NCBI GenBank assembly: GCA_044374195.1
Contig: JBILOY010000004.1
Span: forward strand, 2,514-66,513
Reading direction: 5' to 3'
Length of the DNA: 64,000 bases
Source of the DNA: Candidatus Nanopelagicales bacterium
Lineage (GTDB): Bacteria; Actinomycetota; Actinomycetes; S36-B12
Part shown: positions 26,306 through 36,296 of the stretch, one piece after another
Layout: the number at the start of each line of letters is the position of its first letter
How positions within the stretch are numbered: position 1 is the stretch's first letter
Notes under the pieces: generated by a model
What the model saw: only the letters and a program-made list of their open reading frames with translations
Databases searched by the model: none
What the model was told of the DNA's origin: nothing
Position numbers and translations under genes: made by a program

Positions 26306-27163
26306 ATGACCTTGGTTGCTGAGCGGATTCGAGCTGCCTTCCCGGAGTTGCCCAAGGCGGAACGCCGCGTCGCCGACGCGATATTGACTGCATACCCGTC
26401 CGCCGGGTTGGTGACGGTGGCAAGGCTGGCAGATCGGGCCGAGGTCAGCGGGCCCACGGTTATCCGGCTCGTGACGCGCTTGGGTTTTCAGGGATTCCCC
26501 GAGTTTCAAGAGGCACTCATTGATGAGATCCAGGAGCGCACGGCCTCGCCACTTGCTCACTACGGTCGACGCAAAACCCACGCGCATTCAAATGCCTTAG
26601 ACGAGACCCTCCCCGTGCTCATCGAGAGCTTGAGCTCCTCCTTCAGCAGTATTGATCGGTCCACATTTGATAACGCGGTGGAACTGTTGGCCGATGGTCG
26701 AATGCGCTGCGCTGCCACCGGCGGACGATTCAGTGGAGCGATCACCCGCACGCTCGTGCAGCATTTGGAGGTCCTTCGACCGGGAGTTGTGTTCCTTGAC
26801 TCGAGCGATTGGGTCTCCTACCTCATGGATGCACGCAAGGGCGACGTTCTCACTGTTGTGGATGTTCGCAGATACCAACGGGCGACAGTTGAATTCGCAC
26901 GCGAGGCAGCGCATCGAGGCGTGTCGCTCATCTTGATCACAGACCCGTGGCTCAGCCCCATAGCGATGGACGCACACATAGTCCTGCCCGTTTCGGTCCA
27001 GTCCGCAAGTCCCTTCGATTCCCAAGTCGCGGCCTTCGCACTGGTAGAGGCGTTGATCACCGGGGTCGTCAACACCCTCGGCGACCGGGCAATTGCTCGG
27101 GTGAGCGACTACGACACTCTTTGGGCGGCGCAAGGTTTCACCGAGCCGGGGATCGTGGGCTGA
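26306..27163 (+). CDS. MurR/RpiR-family transcriptional regulator
   Basis: HTH_6 N-terminus (LPKAERRVADAIL...SGPTVIRLVTRLGFQGFPEFQ) followed by a SIS domain. Confidence 0.85.
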   Translation: MTLVAERIRAAFPELPKAERRVADAILTAYPSAGLVTVARLADRAEVSGPTVIRLVTRLGFQGFPEFQEALIDEIQERTASPLAHYGRRKTHAHSNALDETLPVLIESLSSSFSSIDRSTFDNAVELLADGRMRCAATGGRFSGAITRTLVQHLEVLRPGVVFLDSSDWVSYLMDARKGDVLTVVDVRRYQRATVEFAREAAHRGVSLILITDPWLSPIAMDAHIVLPVSVQSASPFDSQVAAFALVEALITGVVNTLGDRAIARVSDYDTLWAAQGFTEPGIVG

Positions 27164-28296
27164 TGAGCCTTCACGACTATCTGGAGCAGCGCACGGTTCT
27201 GGACCACCATTGCCATGGCATCGTCAAGGATGAACTCACGTGGCCGCTTTTTACATCCCAGCTCACGGAGGGAGAGACCGCTCACTTTGGCCAGGAGCTC
27301 AACACCCCGCTGGGACTAGCCGTTCGCGCCTACTGCGCTCCGCTTCTTGGGCTGGAGAGGCATTCTCCGGCTGACGAATACTGGCAGCGCCGCGTGGAAC
27401 TGGGGAACCTGGAGTCAAGCCGGCGGCTCCTCACTGCATCCGGAGTGGACATGTTTGTAGTGGACACGGGGTACAGAGGCTCTGAGATAACCAGTCCTAC
27501 GGAGCTGGAAGAACTCGCAGGAAAGCCAGTCGAGACCATTATTCGGCTCGAGACGCTCGCCGAGGAGATCGTCACGCATCAGTCGGCAGTGGACTTCCCC
27601 GACGCCTTTCGCATAGCCCTGGCGCAGAGATCACAACACTGCATCGGATTCAAGAGCGTCATCGCTTACCGTTACGGACTCGACTTCGACCCTACCCCTC
27701 CCACGGATGAGGAGGTTGTGTTCGCCTGCGAGTCCTGGCTTAAGGAGATTGAATCGAGCGGCCACGAACGAGTGAGCGACCCGGTGCTGCTCCGTTTTTT
27801 CCTCTGGGAGGCTACTCGACTTGGCAGGCCCATTCAGATGCACATCGGCTACGGCGACAATGACATCACGCTGCATCGTTGCGATCCCTCGCAGATGACC
27901 GCGTTCCTGCGGGCGACAGAGGGTACTGGCGCCAGCATCGTGCTTCTTCACTGCTACCCGTACGTGCGGCAGGCCGCAATCCTCTGCCAAGTTTTTCCGC
28001 ATGTTTACATGGACACCAGTCTGGGTGTTGTGCACTCTGGGGCGGGATCTCGGTCCATCATTCGGGAGTCACTAGAAATCGTGCCATTCTCCCGACTGTT
28101 GTATGCATCTGATGCCTTTGGCCTCGCAGAGCTGTACTTCCTCGGTGCGCAACTGTGGCGCATTGGGATTGATGCGGTGCTGTCGGACATGCTGAATTCA
28201 CATGACATCAGCACGCGGGACGCGCATGCACTCATTGACGACATCGCCTGGAACAACGCGTCGCGGCTCTACGGACTTGAGCGAGGTGGGGCATGA
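27163..28296 (+). CDS. Amidohydrolase_2-family metal-dependent hydrolase
   Basis: LDHHCHG N-terminal metal motif. TGATG junction with the rpiR-like gene. Confidence 0.75.
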   Translation: MSLHDYLEQRTVLDHHCHGIVKDELTWPLFTSQLTEGETAHFGQELNTPLGLAVRAYCAPLLGLERHSPADEYWQRRVELGNLESSRRLLTASGVDMFVVDTGYRGSEITSPTELEELAGKPVETIIRLETLAEEIVTHQSAVDFPDAFRIALAQRSQHCIGFKSVIAYRYGLDFDPTPPTDEEVVFACESWLKEIESSGHERVSDPVLLRFFLWEATRLGRPIQMHIGYGDNDITLHRCDPSQMTAFLRATEGTGASIVLLHCYPYVRQAAILCQVFPHVYMDTSLGVVHSGAGSRSIIRESLEIVPFSRLLYASDAFGLAELYFLGAQLWRIGIDAVLSDMLNSHDISTRDAHALIDDIAWNNASRLYGLERGGA

Positions 28297-29462
28297 CCTC
28301 GTACGCCACGATGGCAAGAATCAAGCCGCTGCTGGAAAAGGTCGAACGAGCGCTTCCAGACGCCACCCGGCTGCGCCATGAGATTCATGCGAACCCCTGC
28401 ATTAGCGGGCATGAGGCGCCTACGGCTGCACTGGTGGCTGCAGCACTCGGATTCCCTGATGCGCCCGACATTGCAGGAGGCAGGGTCATCAGGATTGGGG
28501 CGTCTCGTGGGCCATCCGTGGCCATCCGTGCGGAACTGGATGCCCTCCCAATCAAAGAGGAAACGGCGGCTCCTTGGAGCAGCATTAACGAAGCTATGCA
28601 CGCATGCGGCCATGACGTTCATCTCGCAGCGCTTTTTGCTGTTGCCCATGCACTCGCCGATGAGGTAATCCCCATGGTCGCCCTGCTCCAGCCCAAGGAG
28701 GAGTCTGTGCCCGGCGGAGCCCTCGACATGGTGAACAGTGGCGCACTTCAGAGCGCTCAGGTGCAGGCCGTGATCGGTGCACACGTTCACCCGCGTATCC
28801 GGGCGGGGGAGTTCTCCTCGTTTCCGGGCATCATGAATGCCTCCTGTGACGAGTTCACCTTGGTTATCCAGGGGCGTGGAGGGCATGGTGCATATCCCCA
28901 TGCGACCGCTGATCCCGTCCTGGCCGCGGCCTCCGTCATCACCGCCCTGCAACAGATCATCTCCCGTCGTACTGACCCCATGGAACCAGCAGTGGTTACA
29001 GTGGGCTCGATCCACAGTGGCGTAGCTGCCAATGCCATACCCGATGAGGCCACTCTCACCGGGACCATCCGCGCCTACAGTCCCTCGCACCGAGAGGCCC
29101 TGCATGAGCTGCTCAAGGCGGCGGTAGGTCATGCAGCAGCAATTCATGGTTGCACTGTGGCGATCGACCTGCGCCGCGGTGAGCCTGCCCTGAAAAATGA
29201 CGAACGACTGGCTGTCCGGCTCACTGAATGGGCGCAGTTGGGCGGTGCGATTCAGTGTGAGCCCCTGCGATCATGTGGAGCTGATGACTTTTCTTTCTAC
29301 GGTCAGGTCATGCCCAGCGTGATGGCTTTTGTCGGATCGGGATCGGGGAGCGCAGTGGAGCCCGAACTGCACAGTTCGCGCTTCCTGCCTTCAGACGAGA
29401 TTATCCGCGACACCGCAAGGGTCATGATTGCCGGATATCTCGCTGCGTGCGATCAGATGTGA
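28293..29462 (+). CDS. M20D-family amidohydrolase (aminoacylase/hippurate-hydrolase-like)
   Basis: MHACGHDVH motif. ATGA overlap upstream. Confidence 0.85.
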   Translation: MTSYATMARIKPLLEKVERALPDATRLRHEIHANPCISGHEAPTAALVAAALGFPDAPDIAGGRVIRIGASRGPSVAIRAELDALPIKEETAAPWSSINEAMHACGHDVHLAALFAVAHALADEVIPMVALLQPKEESVPGGALDMVNSGALQSAQVQAVIGAHVHPRIRAGEFSSFPGIMNASCDEFTLVIQGRGGHGAYPHATADPVLAAASVITALQQIISRRTDPMEPAVVTVGSIHSGVAANAIPDEATLTGTIRAYSPSHREALHELLKAAVGHAAAIHGCTVAIDLRRGEPALKNDERLAVRLTEWAQLGGAIQCEPLRSCGADDFSFYGQVMPSVMAFVGSGSGSAVEPELHSSRFLPSDEIIRDTARVMIAGYLAACDQM

Positions 29463-29508
29463 CGGGAAACCTCCCCGTCTGCCTCTCAAGCTGGGATGAG
29501 GGTGCAGT

Positions 29509-30978
29509 TTAGGAGAGCGAGACTGCCTCGATATCGGACAGCGAACGGCCCATCAGCCCTGCCGTAAGTCGCTCAGCGATCATCACGGTTGGCCAGTGAG
29601 TGTTCGCAGCAGGAACATCCGGCATGATCGAGGTGTCGATAACGTGCACGCCACTTCGGCCGATCAGCTTGCCCTCCAGGTCGACCACAGCAGCCGGATC
29701 ATCGGGTCGGCCCATGCGACAGGTTCCACAGGCGTGGAAGTAGTCACCCATCGCTTCTCTCAGCCATTCATCCATCACGGGCTCTGCACGCAGCTCCGTC
29801 AGGGTTGTCCCTCGACTGTCCACCACGACTTCCTCCACGATCTCCGCGAAAGCCCCTGTCTGCAGAACATCGATCATCGTCAAAACCGCTTCGCGCATCG
29901 CCTGCCGATCCAGCGGGTCGGTGAGCATGTTCATATCGATTATTGGAGGCCCCGTCAGATCGTCGGGATTCACGTAGACCCGACCGGTCGATCGAACCGT
30001 CATGAGTGCGGCCATGACGAGTGCCTGGGTTGCGCCATCATCAAGACTTCCGTGCAGTGGCAGCAGATGCACATCCCCATTCGCGATGCTTGACGAGGCC
30101 CTGAGGACAACATTGATGCACGCATGATGAGGATCCGTGCCTCGGAGTTCCGGATTCAGCACTAGGCGCAGACTGGCCGCCGGATGGTCACACAGGTTCA
30201 TTCCCACCGCAGGATTCTGCAGGCCCGAACGCAAGAGGATCGCAGGACTTTCGAAGGCACCGGCGCATAAAACAACGTGATCAGCCGCCAGTCGCTCCCC
30301 GCTCAGGAGTTCAACTCCAACGCACCGGTCACCATCCCACAGCAGATGAGACACGCCCTCGCCTGTACGAACACTCACTCGGCCCTCCGCACGAGCCGGG
30401 TCTAGCCACATCTCTGCCGTGGACATGCGCGTCGTAGCGTCAGCGCACAGATACACCGGCCCAACGCCATCGGCAGGCGTATACGTGTCAACGTCATTCC
30501 TGAACCCCAACTGAGCGCCGGCACCCATGAGGGCCCGGTCCACTGGGGTGTAGAAACGTGAATCAGTCTGCAGCGCTCCACTTTGGATTCGCATGAACCA
30601 CGGTTCGACGTCAGCCCACGCCCATCCGGAGCAGCCCAGTTCGTCGGCCCATCTGTCATAGTCCGAAGGGAGACCGGGGAGGCAGATCATTGCATTCACC
30701 GCACCGGACCCTCCGATCCCATGCCCGCGCATGTACTGCTTGCGATTGGAGCCAGGAAGTCGTGCGGCCGTAATCTTCTCGTTGAACGCTGCCGTCTCGC
30801 CCAGTGCGCGGATCCAGTTCACAGATTCCACGCCTTCGGGACGATTACCTGCATGTCGATCCGGCCCGGACTCGATCAATGTCACCGAGTTCGCGGGGTC
30901 CTCACTTAATCGAGCCGCAACCACACACCCGGCGGTGCCGGCTCCAACAACGATGTACCGGATGTCAGGCGCCTCCAT
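29509..30978 (-). CDS. GMC-family FAD oxidoreductase (choline-dehydrogenase-like)
   Basis: N-terminal VVGAGTAGCVVAARLSEDP, plus a C-terminal GMC signature region with HACGTCRMG. Confidence 0.9.
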   Translation of the reverse strand: MEAPDIRYIVVGAGTAGCVVAARLSEDPANSVTLIESGPDRHAGNRPEGVESVNWIRALGETAAFNEKITAARLPGSNRKQYMRGHGIGGSGAVNAMICLPGLPSDYDRWADELGCSGWAWADVEPWFMRIQSGALQTDSRFYTPVDRALMGAGAQLGFRNDVDTYTPADGVGPVYLCADATTRMSTAEMWLDPARAEGRVSVRTGEGVSHLLWDGDRCVGVELLSGERLAADHVVLCAGAFESPAILLRSGLQNPAVGMNLCDHPAASLRLVLNPELRGTDPHHACINVVLRASSSIANGDVHLLPLHGSLDDGATQALVMAALMTVRSTGRVYVNPDDLTGPPIIDMNMLTDPLDRQAMREAVLTMIDVLQTGAFAEIVEEVVVDSRGTTLTELRAEPVMDEWLREAMGDYFHACGTCRMGRPDDPAAVVDLEGKLIGRSGVHVIDTSIMPDVPAANTHWPTVMIAERLTAGLMGRSLSDIEAVSLS

Positions 30979-32176
30979 ATCCCTTGACTGCTGAATCCAA
31001 TGCCGTGACGAGGAGATCGACGTCGTTCTCTTTGATTGTTAGTGGCGGTGCGATCCGCACCGTGCTCTGCTGGGTGTCCTTGGCGAGAACACCCTTCTTC
31101 ATCATGCTCAGGCAAAGTTTCTTGGCAGACACCTCAGGAGCGAATTGCACGCCGGCCCAAAGCCCGATGCATCGGATCTCGACCAGGAGATCAGATTCGA
31201 TCGAGCGCAGTCCCTCCTCCAGGTACTTACCGAGCACTCGACTTCGCTCCTGATATTCGCCCGTCTCGAGCAGCGTGACGACAGCTGAGCCCACTGCACA
31301 CGCGAGCGGGTTGCCTCCGAAGGTGCTGCCGTGGGAGCCCGGCGTGAACACCCCCATGATGTCCCAGTCCGCCGCAATCGCGGAGACAGGCAGGATGCCT
31401 CCACCCAACGCCTTTCCAAGCACGAATATGTCGGGCACGACCGCTTCATGGTCGCTTGCGAACGTGGCACCCGTCCGCCCGAGCCCAGCCTGAATCTCAT
31501 CCACGATCAGCAGGACGTTGTGCTGTGCGGTCAGGGTGCGTACGGCGGCAAGGTAGCCGGCTGGAGGGATGATGATGCCTGCCTCGCCTTGAATTGGCTC
31601 GAGCAGCACGGCGATGGTGTTGTCGTCAATGAGCGCCTCAAGGCGGTCCACATCACCAAAGGGAACCGTGCGGAATCCGGGTGTGAACGGCCCGAAACCA
31701 GAGCGAGAATCAGGATCTGTCGAGAACCCCACGATCGTTGTTGTTCTTCCGTGGAAGTTGTTGTCAGCGACGATGATCGTGCCCTGGTCCTCGGGGACAC
31801 CCTTGCGCTGGTGGCCCCAGCGTCGCGCTGCCTTGATAGCCGTCTCCACGGCCTCGGCACCCGTATTCATGGGAAGGACTGCATCCTTGCCAGTGAGGCG
31901 GGAGAGGTCTGTGCAGAACTGCGCGAATCTATCGTGGTGGAATGCACGGCTCGTCAGGGTCACCCGCTCCGATTGGGCACGGAAAGCATTCATCAGAGTC
32001 GGGTGACGATGACCGAAGTTCAATGCGGAGTAGCCGGAGAGTGCGTCGAGGTACTTGACGCCATGGATATCGGTCAACCAGATGTCATCTGCCTCCGCAA
32101 TGACGATCGGCAGAGGTGCATAGTTATGAGCAGAATGCTCTTCAAGTGAGGAGATGGACATCTCCTGGAGGGTCAC
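30965..32176 (-). CDS. rocD: Ornithine--oxo-acid aminotransferase-like class III aminotransferase
   Basis: NYAPLPIVI...SGYSALNFGHRHP...LTSRAFH...PMNTGAEAVE closely parallels RocD/OAT. Confidence 0.75.
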   Translation of the reverse strand: MTLQEMSISSLEEHSAHNYAPLPIVIAEADDIWLTDIHGVKYLDALSGYSALNFGHRHPTLMNAFRAQSERVTLTSRAFHHDRFAQFCTDLSRLTGKDAVLPMNTGAEAVETAIKAARRWGHQRKGVPEDQGTIIVADNNFHGRTTTIVGFSTDPDSRSGFGPFTPGFRTVPFGDVDRLEALIDDNTIAVLLEPIQGEAGIIIPPAGYLAAVRTLTAQHNVLLIVDEIQAGLGRTGATFASDHEAVVPDIFVLGKALGGGILPVSAIAADWDIMGVFTPGSHGSTFGGNPLACAVGSAVVTLLETGEYQERSRVLGKYLEEGLRSIESDLLVEIRCIGLWAGVQFAPEVSAKKLCLSMMKKGVLAKDTQQSTVRIAPPLTIKENDVDLLVTALDSAVKGYGGA

Positions 32177-32177
32177 C

Positions 32178-33017
32178 TCAGCCGAGCTTCTGGGTGGAGC
32201 CAGCGTCGATTGCGAACTTCATGCTCGTGACATATCGGGACTCATCCGACGCGAGATAGACCACCGCGTGGCTGATGTCCTCAACTTCGAGGGCTGGTAC
32301 GTCAAGCATATGGAAGGGTCGCAGCTCGGCCTCCATTTCAGCGAGGCCCGGGTTCTCGAGGTCTGGTCGGAACACCTTGTACACCGGCTCGTTCAAGATC
32401 ATCTCGGTGTAGACCGTGCTTGGGTGAATTGTGTTGACACGGATGTTGTTGGGAGCCAACTCCGCGGCGAGTGCTCGCATCATGCCGACGATGCCGGCCT
32501 TGCTAGCGGCGTAGCCAACGGCATTCGACTGACCTCGCGTAGCGATCTGCGAAGCCGTCATCATGATGGAGCCACCCTTGCCCCGAGCGACCATGCTGGG
32601 CAGAACGGACTGGACCGCGTTCCATGTCCCGTTCAAGTTGATGTCGATCACGGTCTGCCAGCTTTCCTGGCTCAGATTCGGTGCTGCACCCCAGGTGAAG
32701 ACACCCGCATTTGCCACTACGACGTCAATGAAGCCGAAGGCCTCCAAGCCCTGCGCCACGATGGCGTCAATCGCTTCACGATCTCGAACGTCGGCGTACC
32801 CGGCAACGATTTCACCACCTGCCTCCCGGACAAGGCGGACCGTCTCCTGAAGATCATCTTCCGAGGCAGTGGGATACTCCACGTGCTCCACCTGGCCTCC
32901 ACCAACGTCGGTGGCGACTATGCGGGCTCCCTCCCGCGCGAGGAAGATTGCGTGAGAACGACCCTGGCCTCGTGCTGCGCCGGTGACGAATGCGACCTTG
33001 CCCTCAACTCTGCCCAT
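32178..33017 (-). CDS. SDR oxidoreductase, carveol-dehydrogenase-like subfamily (the subfamily that includes mycofactocin-coupled SDRs)
   Basis: GKVAFVTGAARGQGRSHA, and the insertion EYPTASEDDLQETV is typical of this subfamily. Confidence 0.75.
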   Translation of the reverse strand: MGRVEGKVAFVTGAARGQGRSHAIFLAREGARIVATDVGGGQVEHVEYPTASEDDLQETVRLVREAGGEIVAGYADVRDREAIDAIVAQGLEAFGFIDVVVANAGVFTWGAAPNLSQESWQTVIDINLNGTWNAVQSVLPSMVARGKGGSIMMTASQIATRGQSNAVGYAASKAGIVGMMRALAAELAPNNIRVNTIHPSTVYTEMILNEPVYKVFRPDLENPGLAEMEAELRPFHMLDVPALEVEDISHAVVYLASDESRYVTSMKFAIDAGSTQKLG

Positions 33018-33078
33018 CGGTTAAGTCCTTATCTCGCGGCTGTCCCTGGTTGCTGTCCTTGCCTGCTGAAGCAGGTAA

Positions 33079-34407
33079 TCAAATCTTGATGCTGGCTGCG
33101 AATGCCCGTCGAGCGACATCGATCGTCAGGTCAACGTCTTCCTGCGATGTGGCCGCGCATAATCTTCGGTCACCATTCGGGAAGGCCGGTTGGATGATGC
33201 CACCTTCCACCATCACCTCATGGAATCGCGCGTATGCAGCATTGTCGGATCTGAGCGCCTCCCGGAAATTGGTGGGCGCCGTGGGCTGGAAGTACACGGC
33301 CCACTCCGAACCCAGCCCCACGATCGAGACCTGTGCGCCGGCTTCGGCAGCTGCCTCGCGCAGACCAGTGCGAACCTGCTCCCCACGAAGATAGAGACGT
33401 TCGAAGACGTCTTCCGTCTGCATGATCTCAAGAGTCTTTCGTGCCGCAGCCAATGCGTAAGGAGCGGCGTTGTAGGTGCCGTCAATCGTCGCCCGATCTC
33501 CGGTGTACGCACCGAGGTGGCCCATCAGCACTTCATTACCCGCCAGTCCGGCGAGGGCGAAGCCGTTTGCCACGGCCTTCCCGAACGCCGTCAGGTCTGG
33601 AGTGACTCCGCAGATGGACTGATACCCACCGATGGCCGACCTGAAGCCGGTTTTCACTTCGTCGAAGACAAGTACTGAGGAGTGCGTGTCGCATGTGGCG
33701 CGGAGCATCTCCAAGAAGCCGTCCTTCGCAGGGACGCAGCCGAAACTGTGCACGTAGGGCTCGCAGAAGACAGCGGCGATGTCATCTCCGTGATCGGCAA
33801 AGGCCTGCTTGACGGCAATATCATCATTCCACTCGACCATGATCACATCGGCGATGGAATCCGGATGCAGACCTCCACCATTGGGTGTCTCCATGGGAGT
33901 TGTCGGAGTGGTGTCAGCACGCGCACTTCCGACCGCCACCACGTCGCTCCAACCATGGTAGGAGCCATGGAACTTCACAATCTTCCTGCGCCCCGTAGCA
34001 GCACGAGCAAGATGGACAGCGTGCATGGTCGCATCTGTGCCCGAGGTGCAGAAGGCAACCCGCTCAGCACTCGGCATGACTGTGCAGATGATCTCGGCAA
34101 CCTCTACCTCGCCGTACTGCGGTCCGATTCCCGTGAGGTCGCATGTGGACATTGCCTTAGCCACTGCCTCGTTGACCCTCGGATCGCAGTGACCCAGCAC
34201 GATCGGGCCCCAGGCAAGGAGGTAGTCGACGTAGCGCTTTCCTGTTCCATCCCATACATGTGAGCCGGAGGTTCTATTGATGACCTGATCCCAGCCGACG
34301 CGATGGCCCGAGGATGCGCCCCGGGGGATGACCGACTGCGCGCGTTTCCAATACGCGGTCTGGTCGAGCAAGCCTTGACCGGAAGTTGCTGTAGGCGCAG
34401 CGGGCAT
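33079..34407 (-). CDS. Class III aminotransferase (glutamate-1-semialdehyde aminomutase-like)
   Basis: AT-III blocks (DYLLAWGPIVLGH, FDEVKTGFR). Confidence 0.85.
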   Translation of the reverse strand: MPAAPTATSGQGLLDQTAYWKRAQSVIPRGASSGHRVGWDQVINRTSGSHVWDGTGKRYVDYLLAWGPIVLGHCDPRVNEAVAKAMSTCDLTGIGPQYGEVEVAEIICTVMPSAERVAFCTSGTDATMHAVHLARAATGRRKIVKFHGSYHGWSDVVAVGSARADTTPTTPMETPNGGGLHPDSIADVIMVEWNDDIAVKQAFADHGDDIAAVFCEPYVHSFGCVPAKDGFLEMLRATCDTHSSVLVFDEVKTGFRSAIGGYQSICGVTPDLTAFGKAVANGFALAGLAGNEVLMGHLGAYTGDRATIDGTYNAAPYALAAARKTLEIMQTEDVFERLYLRGEQVRTGLREAAAEAGAQVSIVGLGSEWAVYFQPTAPTNFREALRSDNAAYARFHEVMVEGGIIQPAFPNGDRRLCAATSQEDVDLTIDVARRAFAASIKI

Positions 34408-34550
34408 CAGATCTCCTTGTCGTTGTCCTGAGCGGTAACTGTACTGTGTGTTACATCGCGACTTGAAGTGTTTTTATGTCTTTTCCCTCAGTGGATGTCC
34501 ACAGCCCGGACCCGCATCTCAGATCTCGGTGGTCGCCGGGCGGGGGTCCT

Positions 34551-34596
34551 CTAGACATCGCAGGCCGACTCGATGACCTCAAGCCTCGACCGGGCT
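34551..34596 (+). pseudogene. Internal higB fragment (about 45 bp)
   Basis: CTAGACATCGCAGGCCGACTCGATGACCTCAAG..CC..CCGGGC aligns with 22215-22259 inside the intact higB. Confidence 0.6.
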
Positions 34597-34631
34597 GATT
34601 CCGGGCCTTTTTTCATGCGTGAGCAACATGC

Positions 34632-34920
34632 TCACCTGAGCGGTTCGTCGCCGAAGACCACTCGATTGCAGACGAATCCGCCAGTGCCGCCGTTGGGCCA
34701 GTAGTCCCAGCTCGGGCTATAGCCATTGGGGCAGGCCGCATCGGCACTCGCACGCCCTATCGACAGATGCCAGAGCGGACGAGGGCGTATCTCCTCTTCG
34801 GCTTCAGCGACACTGTCATCGGGATCTGCACCGTCATGAGTGATGGTGATCGAGCCGTCACCACCCGCGGTCCCGTAGTAACTACTCCAGTAGTCGTCGT
34901 ACAAGACCTGCCCACCATTG
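34632..34920 (-). pseudogene. 5'-truncated secreted-protein gene fragment with the C-terminal WDYWPNGGTGGFVCNR domain
   Basis: The ORF 34632..35036 N-terminus is merely antisense to the MFS fragment. Genuine homology (to 20050-20131 and distantly to the 44225 C-terminus) covers the 3' part only. Confidence 0.6.
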
Positions 34921-35451
34921 GTCGCCGAGACGCAGCTAAAGCCGATCGGCCCTGTGCTTCCGCCGGCGTACTTCACTGAACTGAAATCGCCGGAGCAGCT
35001 GGGCTTCATCCTCGCCGCGCTCTCTGCAGGGGCCATGATCGGCGCCTTCTCCTATGGCTGGCTGAATCAGCGGATGAGCCGGCGTGCGATTGTCTACGCC
35101 GCCCTTTTCGGCTCGGCGCTTACTTGTATTCCCATCGCGCTGCTGCCCCCCATCGGGCTCTTCATCGCCTTTGCGTTCCTCTGCGGACTCACCTGGGGTC
35201 CGATGCAGCCGCTGCTCACCACGATCGTGCAGCTGCGAGTCGACCCCGACGCGCAGGGGCGAGTGTTCGGCATCCAGACCGCGACCTTCTACGTCGCACC
35301 GCCCGCGGCGATGTTCCTCGCAGGCGTACTGGCCGAGAATTTCGGCGTGAAGCCCGTGCTGCTGGGGATCGCCGGGCTGCTGCTCATCACCGCCCTAGGC
35401 GTGCTGCGGGTCAAGAGCCTGCGCGATATCGACTCAGACCGCGTGGGGTAG
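34921..35451 (+). pseudogene. MFS transporter C-terminal-half fragment
   Basis: About 85% DNA identity by eye with 43031-43519. No N-terminal six helices and no plausible start. Confidence 0.8.
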
Positions 35452-35465
35452 CGGTCACGGCTCCT

Positions 35466-35588
35466 CTTTGTCGGCCTCTCCGACGGCTACTGGCTGCGGG
35501 CCTAGGCTGCATTCGACATCGAGATCGCTCAGCGTGATCGTGCTCCTGAACTGAAGAAGATCAAGCCCTGGCCCCATACGGCGGGTGA
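35466..35588 (+). pseudogene. higA 3' fragment with an in-frame TAG
   Basis: GLSDGYWLRA*AAFDIEIAQR..PELKKIKPW aligns with the higA C-terminus. TAG at 35503-35505 replaces CAG. Confidence 0.75.
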
Positions 35589-35649
35589 TCGCGAAAGTAG
35601 GCGATGGGGACACGCTGTAGACCCGGCGAATCGTGATACCATCGGTGGT

Positions 35650-35994
35650 ATGTCCTGGGGTTCGATTGAGCTGGAGAGCGAAGTTCGGGACTGGCTTGAG
35701 GGCCTCTCGGGCGTCCAGTTCGGTCATGTGGCTTTCTATTTTGATCTGCTTGCTGAGCGAGGCGCACTGCTTTCTGAGCCGTACACCAAGCAGCTCGATG
35801 GCAAGTTGCGCGAGTTGCGGTTCTACCTCGGCCGCACCTCAATGCGACTGACGTACTGGATCGCGCCCGAGCGCCGAATCATTTTGCTGACGGTCTTCGC
35901 CAAAACGAAAGGCAGAGAGACAGCACAAGTTGCACGAGCGGTCACTGCGATGCGCAGGTGTATCGAGGCGAATCACATAGTGGAGGAGGAATGA
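35650..35994 (+). CDS. RelE/ParE-superfamily toxin (Gp49/HigB-2-like)
   Basis: 114 aa. LDGKLRELRF...RLTYWIAPERRIILLTVFAKTK is typical of the Gp49-like family. Confidence 0.75.
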   Translation: MSWGSIELESEVRDWLEGLSGVQFGHVAFYFDLLAERGALLSEPYTKQLDGKLRELRFYLGRTSMRLTYWIAPERRIILLTVFAKTKGRETAQVARAVTAMRRCIEANHIVEEE

Positions 35995-36287
35995 TGGCGA
36001 CGACATCGTGGAATGACGTGAAGGCTGCTCGCAGCGGTGACTCAGCTGTTGAGGCGGCGTATGCGGCTGCGCAACTAGCCTTCGAGCTAGGAGAGCAGGT
36101 TCGATCGATGCGGGAGGAGCGCGGTTGGAGCCAGCGAGAGCTATCCGCATTGACAGGCATGAGCCAGCCGGCCATAGCCCGCTTCGAGGCCGGCGGCACC
36201 ACGCCCACACTGCCGATCCTGGAGCGAATCGCGATCGCCTTCGACTCAACGTTGAGCGTTCAACTCAAGCCCAAGGAAGTCGCGTAA
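35994..36287 (+). CDS. XRE-family HTH antitoxin
   Basis: ATGATG junction with the toxin gene. HTH WSQRELSALTGMSQPAIARFEAGGTTPTL. Confidence 0.75.
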   Translation: MATTSWNDVKAARSGDSAVEAAYAAAQLAFELGEQVRSMREERGWSQRELSALTGMSQPAIARFEAGGTTPTLPILERIAIAFDSTLSVQLKPKEVA

Positions 36288-36296
36288 GTATCGGGT

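Noticed and set aside
35653-35666. tRNA T-arm-like string GGGGTTCGATTGAG
   Set aside because: It lies inside the RelE-like CDS. No acceptor, D or anticodon arms can be folded around it. No other tRNA-like sequence was seen in the window.
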